Shown here piece by piece: positions 41,293 to 58,287 of a stretch of 64,000 bases of DNA. The notes beneath the pieces are model-generated. The model worked only from the letters and a program-made list of their open reading frames with translations, was not told where the DNA came from and did no database searches. Positions within the stretch are counted from its first letter, which is position 1. Each line of letters begins with the position of its first letter. Made by a program: the position numbers and the translations under genes. This DNA comes from the human T2T-CHM13v2.0 reference genome, Homo sapiens, in NCBI RefSeq assembly GCF_009914755.1, contig NC_060947.1; one strand, written 5' to 3'.

Positions 41293-41849
41293 AGGTGGGC
41301 TTCTTAGAGAAGACTTACAACCTTAAAAAGGTGTAATGATCACCTCAAATTTCTTTTGAAAGAAGACAATATATAAATAGGAAAAAATGCATTGAATGAA
41401 ATACAGAGATCTCTTTAAAGGTAGAGGCAGATCCTCCTGGCTATGTTTAACTCAGTGCACATTTTTGTCTTTATTCAAGGACTTCGAGATCTGAATACAT
41501 TTTGAAAGGCAGTCACATAGTGATGGAATAATCCCTGTGCTGGCCATTTTTATATATGAGATTAGGCTATTGATCTCCCATCTGTAGAACCTGCTTAAGG
41601 TGTTGGTCCCAGTAACTACACAGCCTCTTCATGCACTGGCTTATCAGGTGACCAAAAGTCAGAGTTAGGTAGGGATAAAGAAGTCACTGCTACCATGAAA
41701 CAGAAATAAACTAAGTGAATATGGCAAGAAGATCATGCTTTTGCCTTCACAAATGTTTTATTACTGCCAGCCAAGTGATCTAGTTACACTGGTCACTTTC
41801 TGGCCAGTTCACGTTTGTATATTTATTCAACAGCTATTTATTGGGCATT

Positions 41850-42050
41850 GGTATTAATTTGAGTTCCGGCTCCACACTTACTAAGTGAATATCCTTGGGC
41901 ACCACTCTGTGCCTCAGTCTCCTTATCCATAAAATGGAGATAATAATAGTACCTGCTATATAGAACTATGGACAGACTAAATAAGCAAGCATATGTAAAG
42001 CACTTAGAACAGGTTTCAGCAAACACAAAGTTCTCAATGGATGTTAGTTA
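41850..42050 (+). mobile_element. MIR element
   Basis: Core ctctgtgcctcagtctccttatccataaaatggagataataatagtacct. Confidence 0.8.
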
Positions 42051-45000
42051 TCCTAGAGGCAATAAATTCCCTTTTTATTTACATAACTTTACATTAAATT
42101 ACTATCACTTGCAAGCAAGAGTCTTGATTTAAAGGGACTGCAGCTCAAAGAGGTGACATATAACCTGCCTGAGATCATATAGCAAAATGAATGGCAGGTT
42201 ATCTCCAAAAACCCGAATGATTGATATTACCACTCTAGTGCCCCTGAACAGATTTCTGAGACTTTAGGTTCCTACCTGAGGCTGGAGCATATGCAATTCC
42301 TACTAGTCAAAGGACTCTCATGGGATGTGAGGACTATCAGCACTGCCTAGGATGCTAAGATTCACTTCTGGTTGATGTGCCATTGACACTGCTGCAAGCT
42401 TGAGGTCTTCAGGAGTTAGTTACACTATTAAAGCTACCCTACCTACCCCCAGCGTTATAGGCTCTGCAAAAACTTTTGGACAACAGCACTACAGTAAGAT
42501 AGCCCTTTCATTTCTCTAAATTGTTAAGAACAGAGGAGGGAGGAACATGCCTGTTACTCAGATGTTGGCCCACCTTGTATGATGTGAGTAGTACTCTCTG
42601 ATGTTAGCTTGAATAAACCAGAACTCCTGGCAGTAAAAAACATTTAGTCCCTGCAAAAAGGTTTATCTGGCAGTTTAAGCCATATTATTATCTGTATAGG
42701 TGTATGTAAAGATATATTTATAGATACAGATATACTTATAGATTAAAATGTAAATATTTTGAAGTGTTAATTTTATCACCTTATATCAATATAGATAGAT
42801 GATAGATAAATAGATAATAGATACATAGAAAAATAAGAGAGAGAGATATACCAATTACATACATCTGACTAGCAAAAAAATGTGAGAGAGTGTGTGTGTG
42901 TGTAGGCATTTTTGAGCACTTATATGCTAGGTTCTGTGGCTCAGGACTGTACATAATTTTTTCAATTAATACACCCATATATTAATAGTTATTATATCTG
43001 TCTGGTGGCTCTACAGATGGTCTCACTTTATACCTTTTTATTTACCAAGTTTTCTACGTTGAGCACATATTATTTGGAGGTTAGTAAAACAGTTAAGTAC
43101 ATGTTTGTTACTTCTCAGGATATAATTCACCCTGAGTTAAATGTTTATGAAATTCCTGATACTTCTCAGGAGCCATGTTCTAATTATTTTACAAACATTA
43201 TCTCATGTAGTCATCATAGAAACTCCATGGGGTTGATATTATTATCCTAAGTTTTAGAGTATGAGGTTCAGAGGAGGAACTCGCTCAAGGACATACATGT
43301 AGCAAGTAGCATAATCTCCAAGTCTTTGAACCATACAACATCAGAAGAAGTAGAGGAAATAAATAAAATAATAAAATTGAGATGCATTGTTGGCAAATCT
43401 TGAAATGAAGGTTGAATATGTTCGCTAAAATTGTTATTACAATAGTATCTGTGACTTTAATTATCTCCATTCCTTGCAAGCAGAGAGTATCATAATAATC
43501 GTATTTGAAGGGGAACAGTCATGGCTGGCAGGACACACAAGCAATTTAGAAAATAATTTAAGTGAAGTTGAAGGCAGTCTGAGTATATAGCCATTATTCT
43601 ATTCACCTTAGAGTTTGCTAGACATGATTAATTGTAGAGGAAAATATTTGAAGGATACATCCTTTGAAAAAGTAGCAGAGGTGAATGAACTCAAAAGAGA
43701 GCAAAAGATGATACACAGTATTGAAATATAAAATTCTCATGATCCTCAAAGACAGAATCCCACTCATTCTAAACAGATCAAATACTACTGCAGCTGGGTC
43801 CTACCTGCTTAAGTAGTACCGACATGGACTTTGCAAATCATAAAATATTAACTATGTTCAGAAATTTGTGTAGTTCCAGAGATCATTTCTTGCCCTTTAA
43901 GAATGTTTCATACTGAATGCTTGACGACAAAAGTAATCAAAAATAGATTTTACTTCAAAATCAGTGAGATATTCAAATAGAAAGGGAAAATGACTCAGAT
44001 CTTCTTCTTTCCTCCTTACTGTAGTTACAGGCATGATTTCAGCTTAAGACTCAAAGAAATTATTCACATAAATATAAGCACTTACCTACAAATTCACTCA
44101 AAATTCAAGTGAGGTCTTTTAGAGTTGTAATATTATTAAATGATATGAAACAATGTCAAATATATTTACAGCCAATCAACTACAAGTAAAAAGAAAAAGC
44201 ATTTAGGGCTTTTGTTAACAGATGGTTAAATCATAGGAAAGCAAAAGTAAATGACATAGTCCCAGGATATTTAATATAGTCCCCCAGAGGAAACCATCAC
44301 ACAAACATCAACCCTGAGCCTCTAACATCTAACTACATCTACATGTACTGTCTCCACTGGGGAAGGATGCAAGTTCTCAATCTTTGATGTCTTGTACCAT
44401 TTTAATTGCAAAAAAAAGGTACACAAAGGAGATGTTCAGAATGGCAGAATTTGTAATATTAACTACCATAAACATTCAGGTTCTTCCTATTAAAGAGGAG
44501 AGAAAATAATTTCCAGGGCAGAAAGGTAGCTATATGAATTGATTAATCAGGTAAAATGGTTTTGATGATAAAGATACATTTCCTCCTCCTGCAGCTCCAC
44601 TTTACTTTCCAGCTCCTGCCACATCTCTATCCTCCTTCAGAGCCAAGCTTCTCAATAGAGCTGTCTTCACTTGCTTCCTACGTTTTCATGTCTTACGCTC
44701 TCCTCCTCTATGGCATCTGGCTGTGGTCCCAATCTCTCTACCAGAATCCCTCTGGTAAGGTCACCAGTGACTTCCATTATTCTATGTACTGGCATTATGT
44801 CAGGGAACAATAACAGACAAGAGACAATAACTAAGTTTGGAAGCTAGAAAGCAGTTAATGAGTAATACTGACTGAGAAGACCAGAGAAAGCTGAATGCAA
44901 TCCGTGGGTAGCAGGATCCAAAAGCTAACTAATGTCTCCTACAGAGCTCCAGAAAAGTTCAGAAATTACAGGATCAAGGAACTAATTATGGCATGGATAC

Positions 45001-45329
45001 CAATAGGACTGAAAATGGGAAGTTATGTGAAGGCTGTATAGACCCCTATATCTCCTCCCTACTCCACACAACCAGGACCCCTATGGAACCACTGACACGT
45101 AAGAACACAGCTAATCTTGTTCTGCCTCCCCCAGCCCCAGCCACTACCACACATACACACAGACCAAGGGCAGTAAATTTGAACATTTCACTGGAAGCTG
45201 ACAAGTCAAAGCAAAAATGACCTATATGTCTCTGCCCTATCAGCATAGAGGAATAACCAAAATCATGCGATTACAACAGATCATACTTGGCTTCACTTGG
45301 AAGAAAAATGATCTCATACATTCTCACCT

Positions 45330-47520
<2,191 letters not shown>

Positions 47521-47872
47521 TAGAATAAATGGGTAAAACACATGACATCCCAGTAAGTACAGTAAAAGTATCATAAAATAGTGACTAAGATCACAACAGG
47601 TAGAGTTGCAATGCACATATGTGTTTGAGCATGTGTAATCATTTATCTACAGGCCCTGGAGGAGCTGTGCAAAACATTCCTGGCCACAGAAGTTAAGTAA
47701 CTTGCCTAATAACTACATTAGTTCAACCAATACTTTTAGATTTCTTATCAAGTGCTTGGCATTGTTTTAGACTGGGGATCAAATGGTGAATACAACGTAG
47801 TTCATTCCTTCAAGTTGCTTACAGCTCAGCACAGAGGTTCTCTCTCTAAGGGGCTTTTGGAAATGCACGAAG

Positions 47873-48463
47873 CATTTTTAGTTTTCACAGTGTATATTCC
47901 CACCCAAAATACTAAGAATTTCCCCAGTGAGAAATACTAGCCAATCTAAGATTTGTCTGACTTTAATCAGATACTTTTTCTAACCAGTCATACTGTCTCT
48001 AGGGAAAATAACAAATTTATTTGCAAAGTTACTAATGATTTTAAATGGGTCAGTGATGTTACATAAAGAAACAAAATCATAATGCAAGGGTCAGTTCTCA
48101 GAGAAATTTAATATGCCAAAGAAAAAAATGTGAGAGAAGCAAAGAAACAAGAGATATGAATAGGCAAAATGAGATAGAAGAGAAAGTCCATGTTGTTTTG
48201 GAAAAGAGTTAAATAAATGAGTCTTTGAAAATATTCAGAAGATACCTGGCATTATGATTTTGTTTCTTTGTGTAACATCACTGACCCATTTAAAATCATT
48301 AGCAACTTTTCAAATAAATTTGTTATTTTCCCTAGAGAAAGTATGACTGGTTAGAAAAAGTATCTGATTAAAATCAGACAAATCTTAGATTGGCTAGTAT
48401 TTCTCAGTGGGGAAACTCTTAGTATTTTGGGTGGAAATATATATACATTGTGAAAACTAAATG
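47873..48463. repeat. Long inverted repeat: arms 47873-48089 and 48245-48463, 155-bp spacer
   Basis: Arms are reverse complements with 10 substitutions and 2 small indels by eye (about 95% identity). Confidence 0.95.
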
Positions 48464-49454
48464 AGAAAAATGAGAATAAGAAACATACATGATGATAAAC
48501 AGAAGTCAAGGGGAGAGAGAGGAAGATTGTGTGTACTCACTTTAGAACCTATTTGAATACCATGAGTTTGAAAGTGTTGATGTAATTTTAGTTGTTTATA
48601 CTTGTAGTTTTAGGTTTCTAATTTTTAGGAAAAAACCTATTGTGGGCTCTCGGAAAAGTGTAGAAGTCAGAGTAACTCTTAATGTATGTAACATTTAGAT
48701 ACAGTATAATTTTTGACATGCAAATCATTCAATAATACGTAGAATTTCATACTTGAGTAAAAGGATCTCAACAGAATGTGTTTGGGGTCTAACTGAAATT
48801 TAGAATAAGCGCAAAATCAGATTTGGACAGCCCAGAAAAAGCATTGGATTTATCATAAGTCTTTAGTTTGGATTTTGGTTCTAAAACCATTAACTTGTGA
48901 AATCCTGGGGGAAGGAACTTGATCTGCCCAAGCACCCATTTTGTTGTCTCTAAAGTAGGCATAGTATCTTGGAAGGTTGTCATTGCTGAATGAATTGAGC
49001 ACCTGCTGTCTTTATCCGTAGGTTCAGGGAGGTAACAACATCATTCAAATTTAGCCTCCCTACCTCCTTCAAAAAAAAAAGTCAAAACCCACAATATCTG
49101 CTAATGATAGGCTACTAAAGTTCATGGTCCTTCAGTCCCTGCCTCCTATTACTTAAATGGAAATTCTGAAGGTGGTGCTTCCCTCATTTGCAGAGGAAAA
49201 ATGTTCAGCACAGCACATATTCAAAACTCTCTTTATTAATCCCTCAGGCTCTCAGGATTTTCCGTGCCTATTACGGCCCTGCAATATGTAGTTTCCATGG
49301 GCTGTGGGAAGATCATTGTGATATACTGTTGAATGTTGCTGGTTCTAGCTTTCATTCTCTATTAGTGGTTCAAAATGTCCATACAGGTTAGTATTTTTGG
49401 TTGCGTGAGTCCTAGTGTGAGAATTCCTATAGAATACATTCCTAAAAAGAGAAT

Positions 49455-49960
49455 TCACTTTTATATACTGTTGGTGGAAATATAAATTGGTGCAACATTT
49501 CTGGAGAGCAATAGGCAATATATCAAAATTTAAATGCACATACTCTTTGACCTCAGAGTTCCAGTTCCAGAAATTTATCCTACAGGTATACTTTCCTGTG
49601 TGCACAAAGATGTATGCTCAAGATTGTTTGTTGCAGCATTTTTGTAACAGCAAGAGAACCAAAGATACACGTCTATTATTAGAGGATTGGCTGAATCAGT
49701 TATGTGTAATATCCTACAACCTTTGAAAAGCATGAGGTAGAGCAATATGCAATAGCAAAGAAAGAGGTAAGAACAATATTTTAAGAAGATTACAGAACAG
49801 CACATGCGGTAAATATTTAGGTAAGTATCTATGTACCTGTGTGTTTACTCTTTGTGCAGTGGATAACATCCACTGCCAATAGCTTTATTTGCAGTTAGGA
49901 TAATGTAGGAAATTGTCACTTTCTATTTTATATGCTTATATATTGTTCGAATATTTAATT
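49455..49960 (+). mobile_element. Old L1ME-like 3' fragment
   Basis: ctgttggtggaaatataaattggtgcaacatttctggagagcaat...ctttgacc... Confidence 0.6.
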
Positions 49961-51724
49961 AAAAACATCATGGGTCCTATATAATGTTTAAAAGGGGCCT
50001 TTCCTTTTTGAAAAAAAAAAGTATTCTTTAAGGATCATTGTTCCAATTTGTCATGGCCATTTAAAAACATATCTTATTTTACAACCCCACATAAATCACA
50101 AACACTGACAGATATTTTCCTCGGTCCAGATCATCAGCTGAGATTTATTCACAAGATTGATTCCACCCATTTTGGCTTCCTCCCAGTCAACTATCATTGA
50201 CTCCTTGGATTTCCCTGGAGCTCTGTGACACCATCTTGGCTCACACCCTTCCCCTAACCGTACCCTACTTCCTGTTGTTTCTTACTTAATAAGTCTTAAT
50301 TTCTTTCACCCACTCTTGTTACCTGACTCACTTGATTCAGGAGCTCACATGTATTCCAGAACACACCTTTCCACATTTTTTTGAACCCAATAGTGACCAA
50401 AATGGCATGCATATAAATAGATCAAATATATAAAGTACCACCCCTGTGGCATGGACACTTATCAAATATACCAAATAGCTATGTTTTCACATATATTTCC
50501 TGGTCACCTTGCAATTGAATAATCAAAACTGACCAGTTCTAGGCAATGGACTTTGAGTAGAAGTGGGTATTTATGCGCTGAAGTAATGACAAGTCGCTGT
50601 GGCACCCTCAGCATTCTCCTCTTCTATTATGATAATCTAAGACAGCAAGATGGCAGTGAACTCGATACCTGTGTTACTACCTGGAAGGGAGTTTCCATGG
50701 AGAATGATGACCTACAGTTGGACGTTTACTTTATTCAGTAAGTCACTGAGATTTGGGGATTAAATTGTTATCTATCCTATCTAAAATGTATATTAACAAC
50801 AGAGTTAGCATAATGTCACCGCCTTATTTGTCTATAAGACAATTGGATTATTCAATCACTTTTTAAAATATTTATTAATTGTCTTGTACAGCAGCTCCAA
50901 TTTGGCATATTGCAACAGAAAGGTTGTATTCAGTCTGAGCATGTTTTATTTAGAATACACATTGTTTTAAAAATGTTTGAATTATTTTTCAATCTTTAAA
51001 ATCGGGGTATTTTACCTCAAAAGTCATCCATATCTTCATCTTCTTTTGAGAAATGGGAAGCCCTGATGACACTGAGCCAGTATTCTTACTTGGCAGTAAT
51101 TAGGCAGAGCTGAATAACAGTTGCCCTGTTTACACAAGGCATCAGCTCCCAGATTGCCACAGCTGCTACCATTCTTAGCCTCTGTGGTTGGCCCTGTGAA
51201 TAAATGCAATGATAAGCAAAACAGATGCCATACCTGTACTGGATAAGCTCCATCTGCCCCACCAGATCCACTCTGATCCTTTCTTCACCATAGGCCCTCT
51301 TGCTCTCTGGTATCTTGGCTGAGTTTAGCTAATGAGTAGATCAGAAAGGTTTAAAAAGAAGTAGAAGAGTGAAGTCAGTGTATGCCTTTCTCAAACTCTC
51401 TCCAATAAGGTTACCATGGACTGGCTGTCATCTTTGACCTAAAGTTGCAGCTCATGTTAGGCTTTCCTTCTCCTCTCCTTGAACTTTCATGACTGAAGAA
51501 GGTGATGGCACCAAGATACTGATAACCTTGGGGTGCTATACTATCCCTTGCTTTTCTTTCACCCCACCCACCACTTCCTAAATAGTCCCCTTATTAAATC
51601 CTGCTAAAATGATCTGAGAGTGCCATGTCTTTCCTGTGGGAACCCTGACTGATAGAAATCCCTATCCTGGCAGAATTTATATGATTGGCCAAAGCGTTCC
51701 TGAAAGGCTCATTTGAGGTCTTAG

Positions 51725-52225
<501 letters not shown>

Positions 52226-53559
52226 TAGCTATTGGATATCAAGTAAGGCCCAAGTAATTCATTACTAAAATTATTATGATACTAAATTTTACAAATATGT
52301 TAGAGTTCAATTAGATAAACTGAAGCCATCTAGTTACCTTGAGAAAGAAGAGACTTACTATGGATAATAAAAGCATACATGATTCTTGAAAGTGCTGGAG
52401 GAGCCAAGGTCAGGAAGGTGGCTTTCAGGAAATGTGGGAGTAGAAGAATTGCAGGGAAGCTGCCACCAGTGACCCCAGCCACTTCCAGCACTGCAATGGG
52501 TGAGTCTCATGATAACCTCTGAAAGTCAAAGCCAACACCACCAAGAACCTCAACTACCACCCTGTACTAGGGAGAATAATGGCTTCTGCTTCTCTTCCAG
52601 CTTCCAAACATTATGCAAGTGCTTCTAATTGGTGAAATCTAATTGAAATCCTATTCACATTCACGAGGGAGCCTGGGAAATAGTTTCCAAGATTACACCC
52701 TGGGGACATGGGAGATAACTCAGTGTATACGCTAACAAAAAGTATTGCTCACAAGTGAGATGTTTTCTTATAAATACAAAAAGAGATTCAAATTTATTCC
52801 TATAATAACACATTTTCCTGCATTTGAATGCCAAACTTTCCTGAGTGGGGAAAGAATGGCATGTGGTAACAGTGAGTGAGCTGGTAATTCACATCACAGT
52901 ATGTTTACTCATGAGACCATTGTTGAGACAGGAAATAACTGTTGAAAACCATTCGACTAGATAATCTGGAAACACATCTTCAAGGTTTCTTCCCCAGCTC
53001 CACAGCATCATGTTCTTGAGAAATGCTAATCAAATAAAAGGTGATAATTATACTTTAAGGATGAGATTGCAAGCTTTGTTTATCACCCCTTGAAGAATAT
53101 TTTCAGTCTTGGAAAGGAGATAATTTGAGATCCTGCCAAAATGTGTGGCTTCAGATTAATCTTAATTTAGTGTCTTGACTAAACTAATACTGGAATTGCT
53201 TTCTCGTACATAGTTCAGAGCAATTTTTCACTTGTGTTGTGTAAGCATTCATATCTTCTTAGTCACCACCCTCAGTGTTAGCCATTTTCAATAACAATAG
53301 AATGGATTCTTCATTTATTATAAGGTGATAGAAAGGTAATCAGTCATTTTCGGGTCCACATAACTCTCCTTCTGAATTCTGAGAAGCAGTAGAGTAAAGC
53401 TTTTTTTTCATTTTTTCCCTTCAAAATATTCGGCACTTTAAATATTATTACATTTATATTATACATGTTTTGTTTATGAGTTTCTTATACTAATTTAAAA
53501 GTTATTTTCAGGTTCTTATACTAATTTAAAAGTTAAAAGTTATGTTACCCTTAATCTGG

Positions 53560-53820
53560 AGGCAGTAGGGAGTAGAGGTTAAGCACATGGCAGATGGCAT
53601 CAGACTGTTTGGGTTCCAAATCTGGCTGAACCACTACCAGCTATGTAACCTTGAGCAAGTTTCCTAATTGTTTGCCTCAGTTTGTTTACCTGGTAAGCGG
53701 GAATAATAATAGTATCTATCTTATGTTGTCATGATGATTAAGTGGGCTAATGTATGCAGAGAACTGAGAACAGTGCCAAGCATGCAGCAAGAGCTCAATA
53801 GTATTAGCAATTATTATTAT
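53560..53820 (+). mobile_element. MIR element
   Basis: gctatgtaaccttgagcaagtt...gcctcagttt...aataataatagtatctatc. Confidence 0.8.
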
Positions 53821-54217
53821 CCAATGACAAACCTCTCCCATGGGCTTAATCAAAACTGCTGAAACCTCTACTTGAAGCTTCCTTACTCCATACAGTGGTA
53901 CTGGCTCTAAGAATCTCTTACATATCATCGTGTAAAATTTGTGTGTCTGGTGGATTGAATCATGCATTGATTGCCAGTAGATATTGTTTTCTGAAATATC
54001 TACTTTCTTAAGCAGAAAATGCTTGGGAAACACTTTGAAAGTTGGACTGTTTCTGCACAGAAAATGAGGGCTGCAGGCTCAGGAAACACGTGGTTTCCCC
54101 ACTATGCCAGGGTCTCTCACTCTTCTGTGGCTTTATATGTGCTGTTTCTCTATCTGCGATGCCCTTCATCCTTCTCCATTTGGATACATCTTGCTCATCC
54201 CTTAAGACTCAGTTTAA

Positions 54218-54559
<342 letters not shown>

Positions 54560-55024
54560 CACTACTCACCATTTCTACTGGCCAATCCAATACCAAATTC
54601 AGTGAACTAGCCACCACTGTCCTTCCAGGTCTCTGTGCACTCCTCTGTCATTGTATTTATCCACTATCTTTACCCCACTTTCGTGTCTTCTTCCATCATC
54701 AGTCTATGCATTCTTTCAATACACAAAGTGTAACTTTTACCTTTATCTGACGTATCAGGAAAAAGGATTTCATGGAACAAAGTAGAATTCAATAAACATT
54801 TGTCAATAAATGAATAAACATATATCTACCAAACATAACATTTCTTTATCATTCTGGATGTGTTATGTGGAGCATACCAAAGAAGGATAAAGCATGATCA
54901 AAGCTCTAAGGAATGTATAGTCTAGCTAGAACAAGAAGACACAGACACATGAAAATGTAGACAAGAAAGACAGCGTATCAGCCATCGATGCAGTAAGACC
55001 ACATCATAAAAAACCTCTAAATCT

Positions 55025-55336
<312 letters not shown>

Positions 55337-56220
55337 TAATGACATAAAACAGCAAGCAGTTTTTTCACTCAGAGTTCTGCTGGTCAGCTTTAGGTTTGGT
55401 TCCAGGCTACAGGCTGGGTTCATGTCTGCTTTCCCAGCAGCTAGGGCGTGACTAGCATGGTGTATTGCTGGAGCGCAAGAAGCAAGCTAAACTGAGAATG
55501 CACACTTAGCCTTCTGCTCACATTCCACTGATCAAGGCAAGTCACAAGGTCGAGAACAGCGTCAAACAGGGAAGAAGTATTTTCCACCCACAGTGGAAGA
55601 GGTACAAAATGAGTGTGTGCTAGACGATCCATCAGATCATCATGCAGCATATCTGAGTATTCATTGTAAATGCTTGGGGATGCCACTAACTTCTCTGAAT
55701 GTACAGATTAGAGAAAGACTTTAATGGGTCAAGGTAGCATAGGAAGAGTTAAAAAAATAAAACATTTGAGCTAGGCCTCAAGAAACAGATAACATGTAAT
55801 TAGGTTAAGTGGAAACATGATAACAAGGTAGCATTCCAGGAGGAAAAGACTGAATAGCAGATCAGATGGTTGCAATTAAAAGGGAATCATAAGGGTAGAC
55901 TACGGAAGTTAGACTTTATCTTTGACCATATATTTAGCTTTGGAAATATTTAGAACAATTAGGTGGCATGACTCCTGTCTACTTCTTTGCTCATTTTACC
56001 CACACAGCCTCTCTGCTCCCAAATATCAGTCAGAATTCCAAGTTGGAAGCAACAGAGACTAGCTCTGGCTGGCTTAAGCATAGTATCACAATCTAGTGAC
56101 ATAGTGGAATAACAAGGAAGGTTGGATATGCCAGGACAGGAAAATGGAGATTGTGTGGGAGTCATGGCCACAGTCAAATCATGTTCCATAGGTCCAGTGA
56201 GAGTATTGGGTATGCTGTTA

Positions 56221-56557
<337 letters not shown>

Positions 56558-56577
56558 TCAGAGCTCACACCAGTAGG

Positions 56578-56579
56578 GC

Positions 56580-56611
<32 letters not shown>

Positions 56612-56637
56612 TTTCAGCTGCTGCTCCAGCTGCTGCT
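56578..56637. repeat. Interrupted (CTG)n trinucleotide repeat
   Basis: (GCT)8 then ACT(GCT)2 and degenerate units. Confidence 0.9.
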
Positions 56638-56642
56638 CAACT

Positions 56643-56940
56643 ACAAAATGTAGTCTAAGTAGTGCCTGTTATTGTGCACTTGCTCTCGGTTTAAACTCTG
56701 GAACAGATGCACCTGGTTGAGCCAAGGTCACCTGGTCATCCACAAAATGTAGTCTAAGTAGTGCCTGCTATTGTGCGCTTGCTCTGGGTTTAAACTCTTT
56801 AGCTCCCACATACAAGTAAGAACATTTGAAGTTCGACTTTCTGTGCCTGGCTTATCTTACTTAACATAATGTCCTCCAGTTCCATCCATGTTGTTGCGAA
56901 CAGATGCACCTGATTGGTTGCGCCAAGGTCACCTATTCAT
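56643..56940 (+). repeat. 99-bp tandem duplication; second copy interrupted by an inverted L1 fragment
   Basis: acaaaatgtagtctaagtagtgcctg... starts at 56643 and 56742; insertion at 56796-56900. Confidence 0.9.
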
Positions 56941-57334
56941 ATCCTAGCTGCAGGGGCTGCTGGGAAATTAAGTGTCTGGTATTTTCAGCCAGTACCTGGG
57001 AGGAGGCCCCACTTCCTATTCATAACACAGAAACGTCTCCAAGAACAAGAAGTGGATCAGAAGCTGGCAGTTGAAATATTTACTAGACTTCTACCTCCAA
57101 AAAGAACCCCTCCCCCAACTTTTTTTTTTTTTACTATTAACATACCAACCTCACACTTTCCTCCTCTGAAATCCTAGAGCAACTTATTTTTGAACCACGC
57201 CTTTGATATTTGTCTTCTGCAACCTTGAATTTCCAGAATACATGGGTTTTTTTCTCCACCTAAAGTGTAAGCAGTGTGCAGGCAGTGGCCATATATTATG
57301 TTTCTGTGTATCTAGAGTGCTTATCCCAGAGTTA

Positions 57335-57875
57335 AAAAAAATGTGACACATATACACAATGGAGTACTATTCAGCCATAAAAAAGAAGGAAATCTTGTCA
57401 TTTGCAACAACATGGATGGAACTGGAGGACATTATGTGAAGTAAGATAAGCCAGGTATATAAAGATGAACTTCAAATGTTCTTACTTGTATGTGGGAGCT
57501 AAAGATTAAAACAATTGAACTCATGGAGATAGAGAGTAGAAGGATGGTTACCAAAAGCTGGGAAGGGAAGCAGGGAAGGGGGAAAAAGTGGTACTGGTTA
57601 ATGGGTACAAAAATATAATTAGGTAGAATGAAAAAGATTTAATATTTGATAACACGATAGGTTGACTATAATCAACAATAATTTATTGTATACTTCAAAA
57701 TAACTAAAACAGTGGAATTAGAAGGTTCCTAACACAAAGAAATAATAAATGCTTGAGGTGACGGATACCCCAATTGCCCTGATATGATTATCATACATTG
57801 TATGCCTGTATCAAAACATCACATGTACCCCATAAATATATACACCTATTATGTAGCCATTAAAATTAATTTTTT
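57335..57875 (+). mobile_element. L1MA 3' end
   Basis: catggatggaactggaggacattatg...catcacatgtaccccataaatatatacacc. Confidence 0.9.
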
Positions 57876-58075
57876 TAATGTGCGAAGAAGATTGCTCATC
57901 GGGCCTCAGCGTCATTTTTATTGATTGACTAATAAAAGCAGTGAGTGAGCACTGAGAAATAGATAGGGCAAGGAAATTATGACATTCTACTATTATAATG
58001 TTTTAGGCAGGAAGTAATAAAGGTCTGGATTGGGTGTTGAAGTAGAAGGAGAGAGATGAACACAAGACGTAAAGG

Positions 58076-58287
58076 CAGTGTTGGAGCTGCCTGCCCCAGT
58101 TCTGGAGAGCCAACTGTGTGCGTTTCTTCCCAGCTCCTCCAAAACCTGGCTTTTAGTAAAATTTCATCACTAGCTTAAAATAGGCCATGGTAGGAATATT
58201 CGCACCACAGAATTCTGCAAATGCCGTGAATACGGGCTTTTTCCCCCCAGAGAGCCAGTTGTTAAACATTTACTAGTATACCATTGC
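58076..58287. mobile_element. MER63A-like hAT MITE
   Basis: ggccatggtaggaatattcgcaccacag and terminal cagagagccagttgttaaacatttactagtataccattg. Confidence 0.7.
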
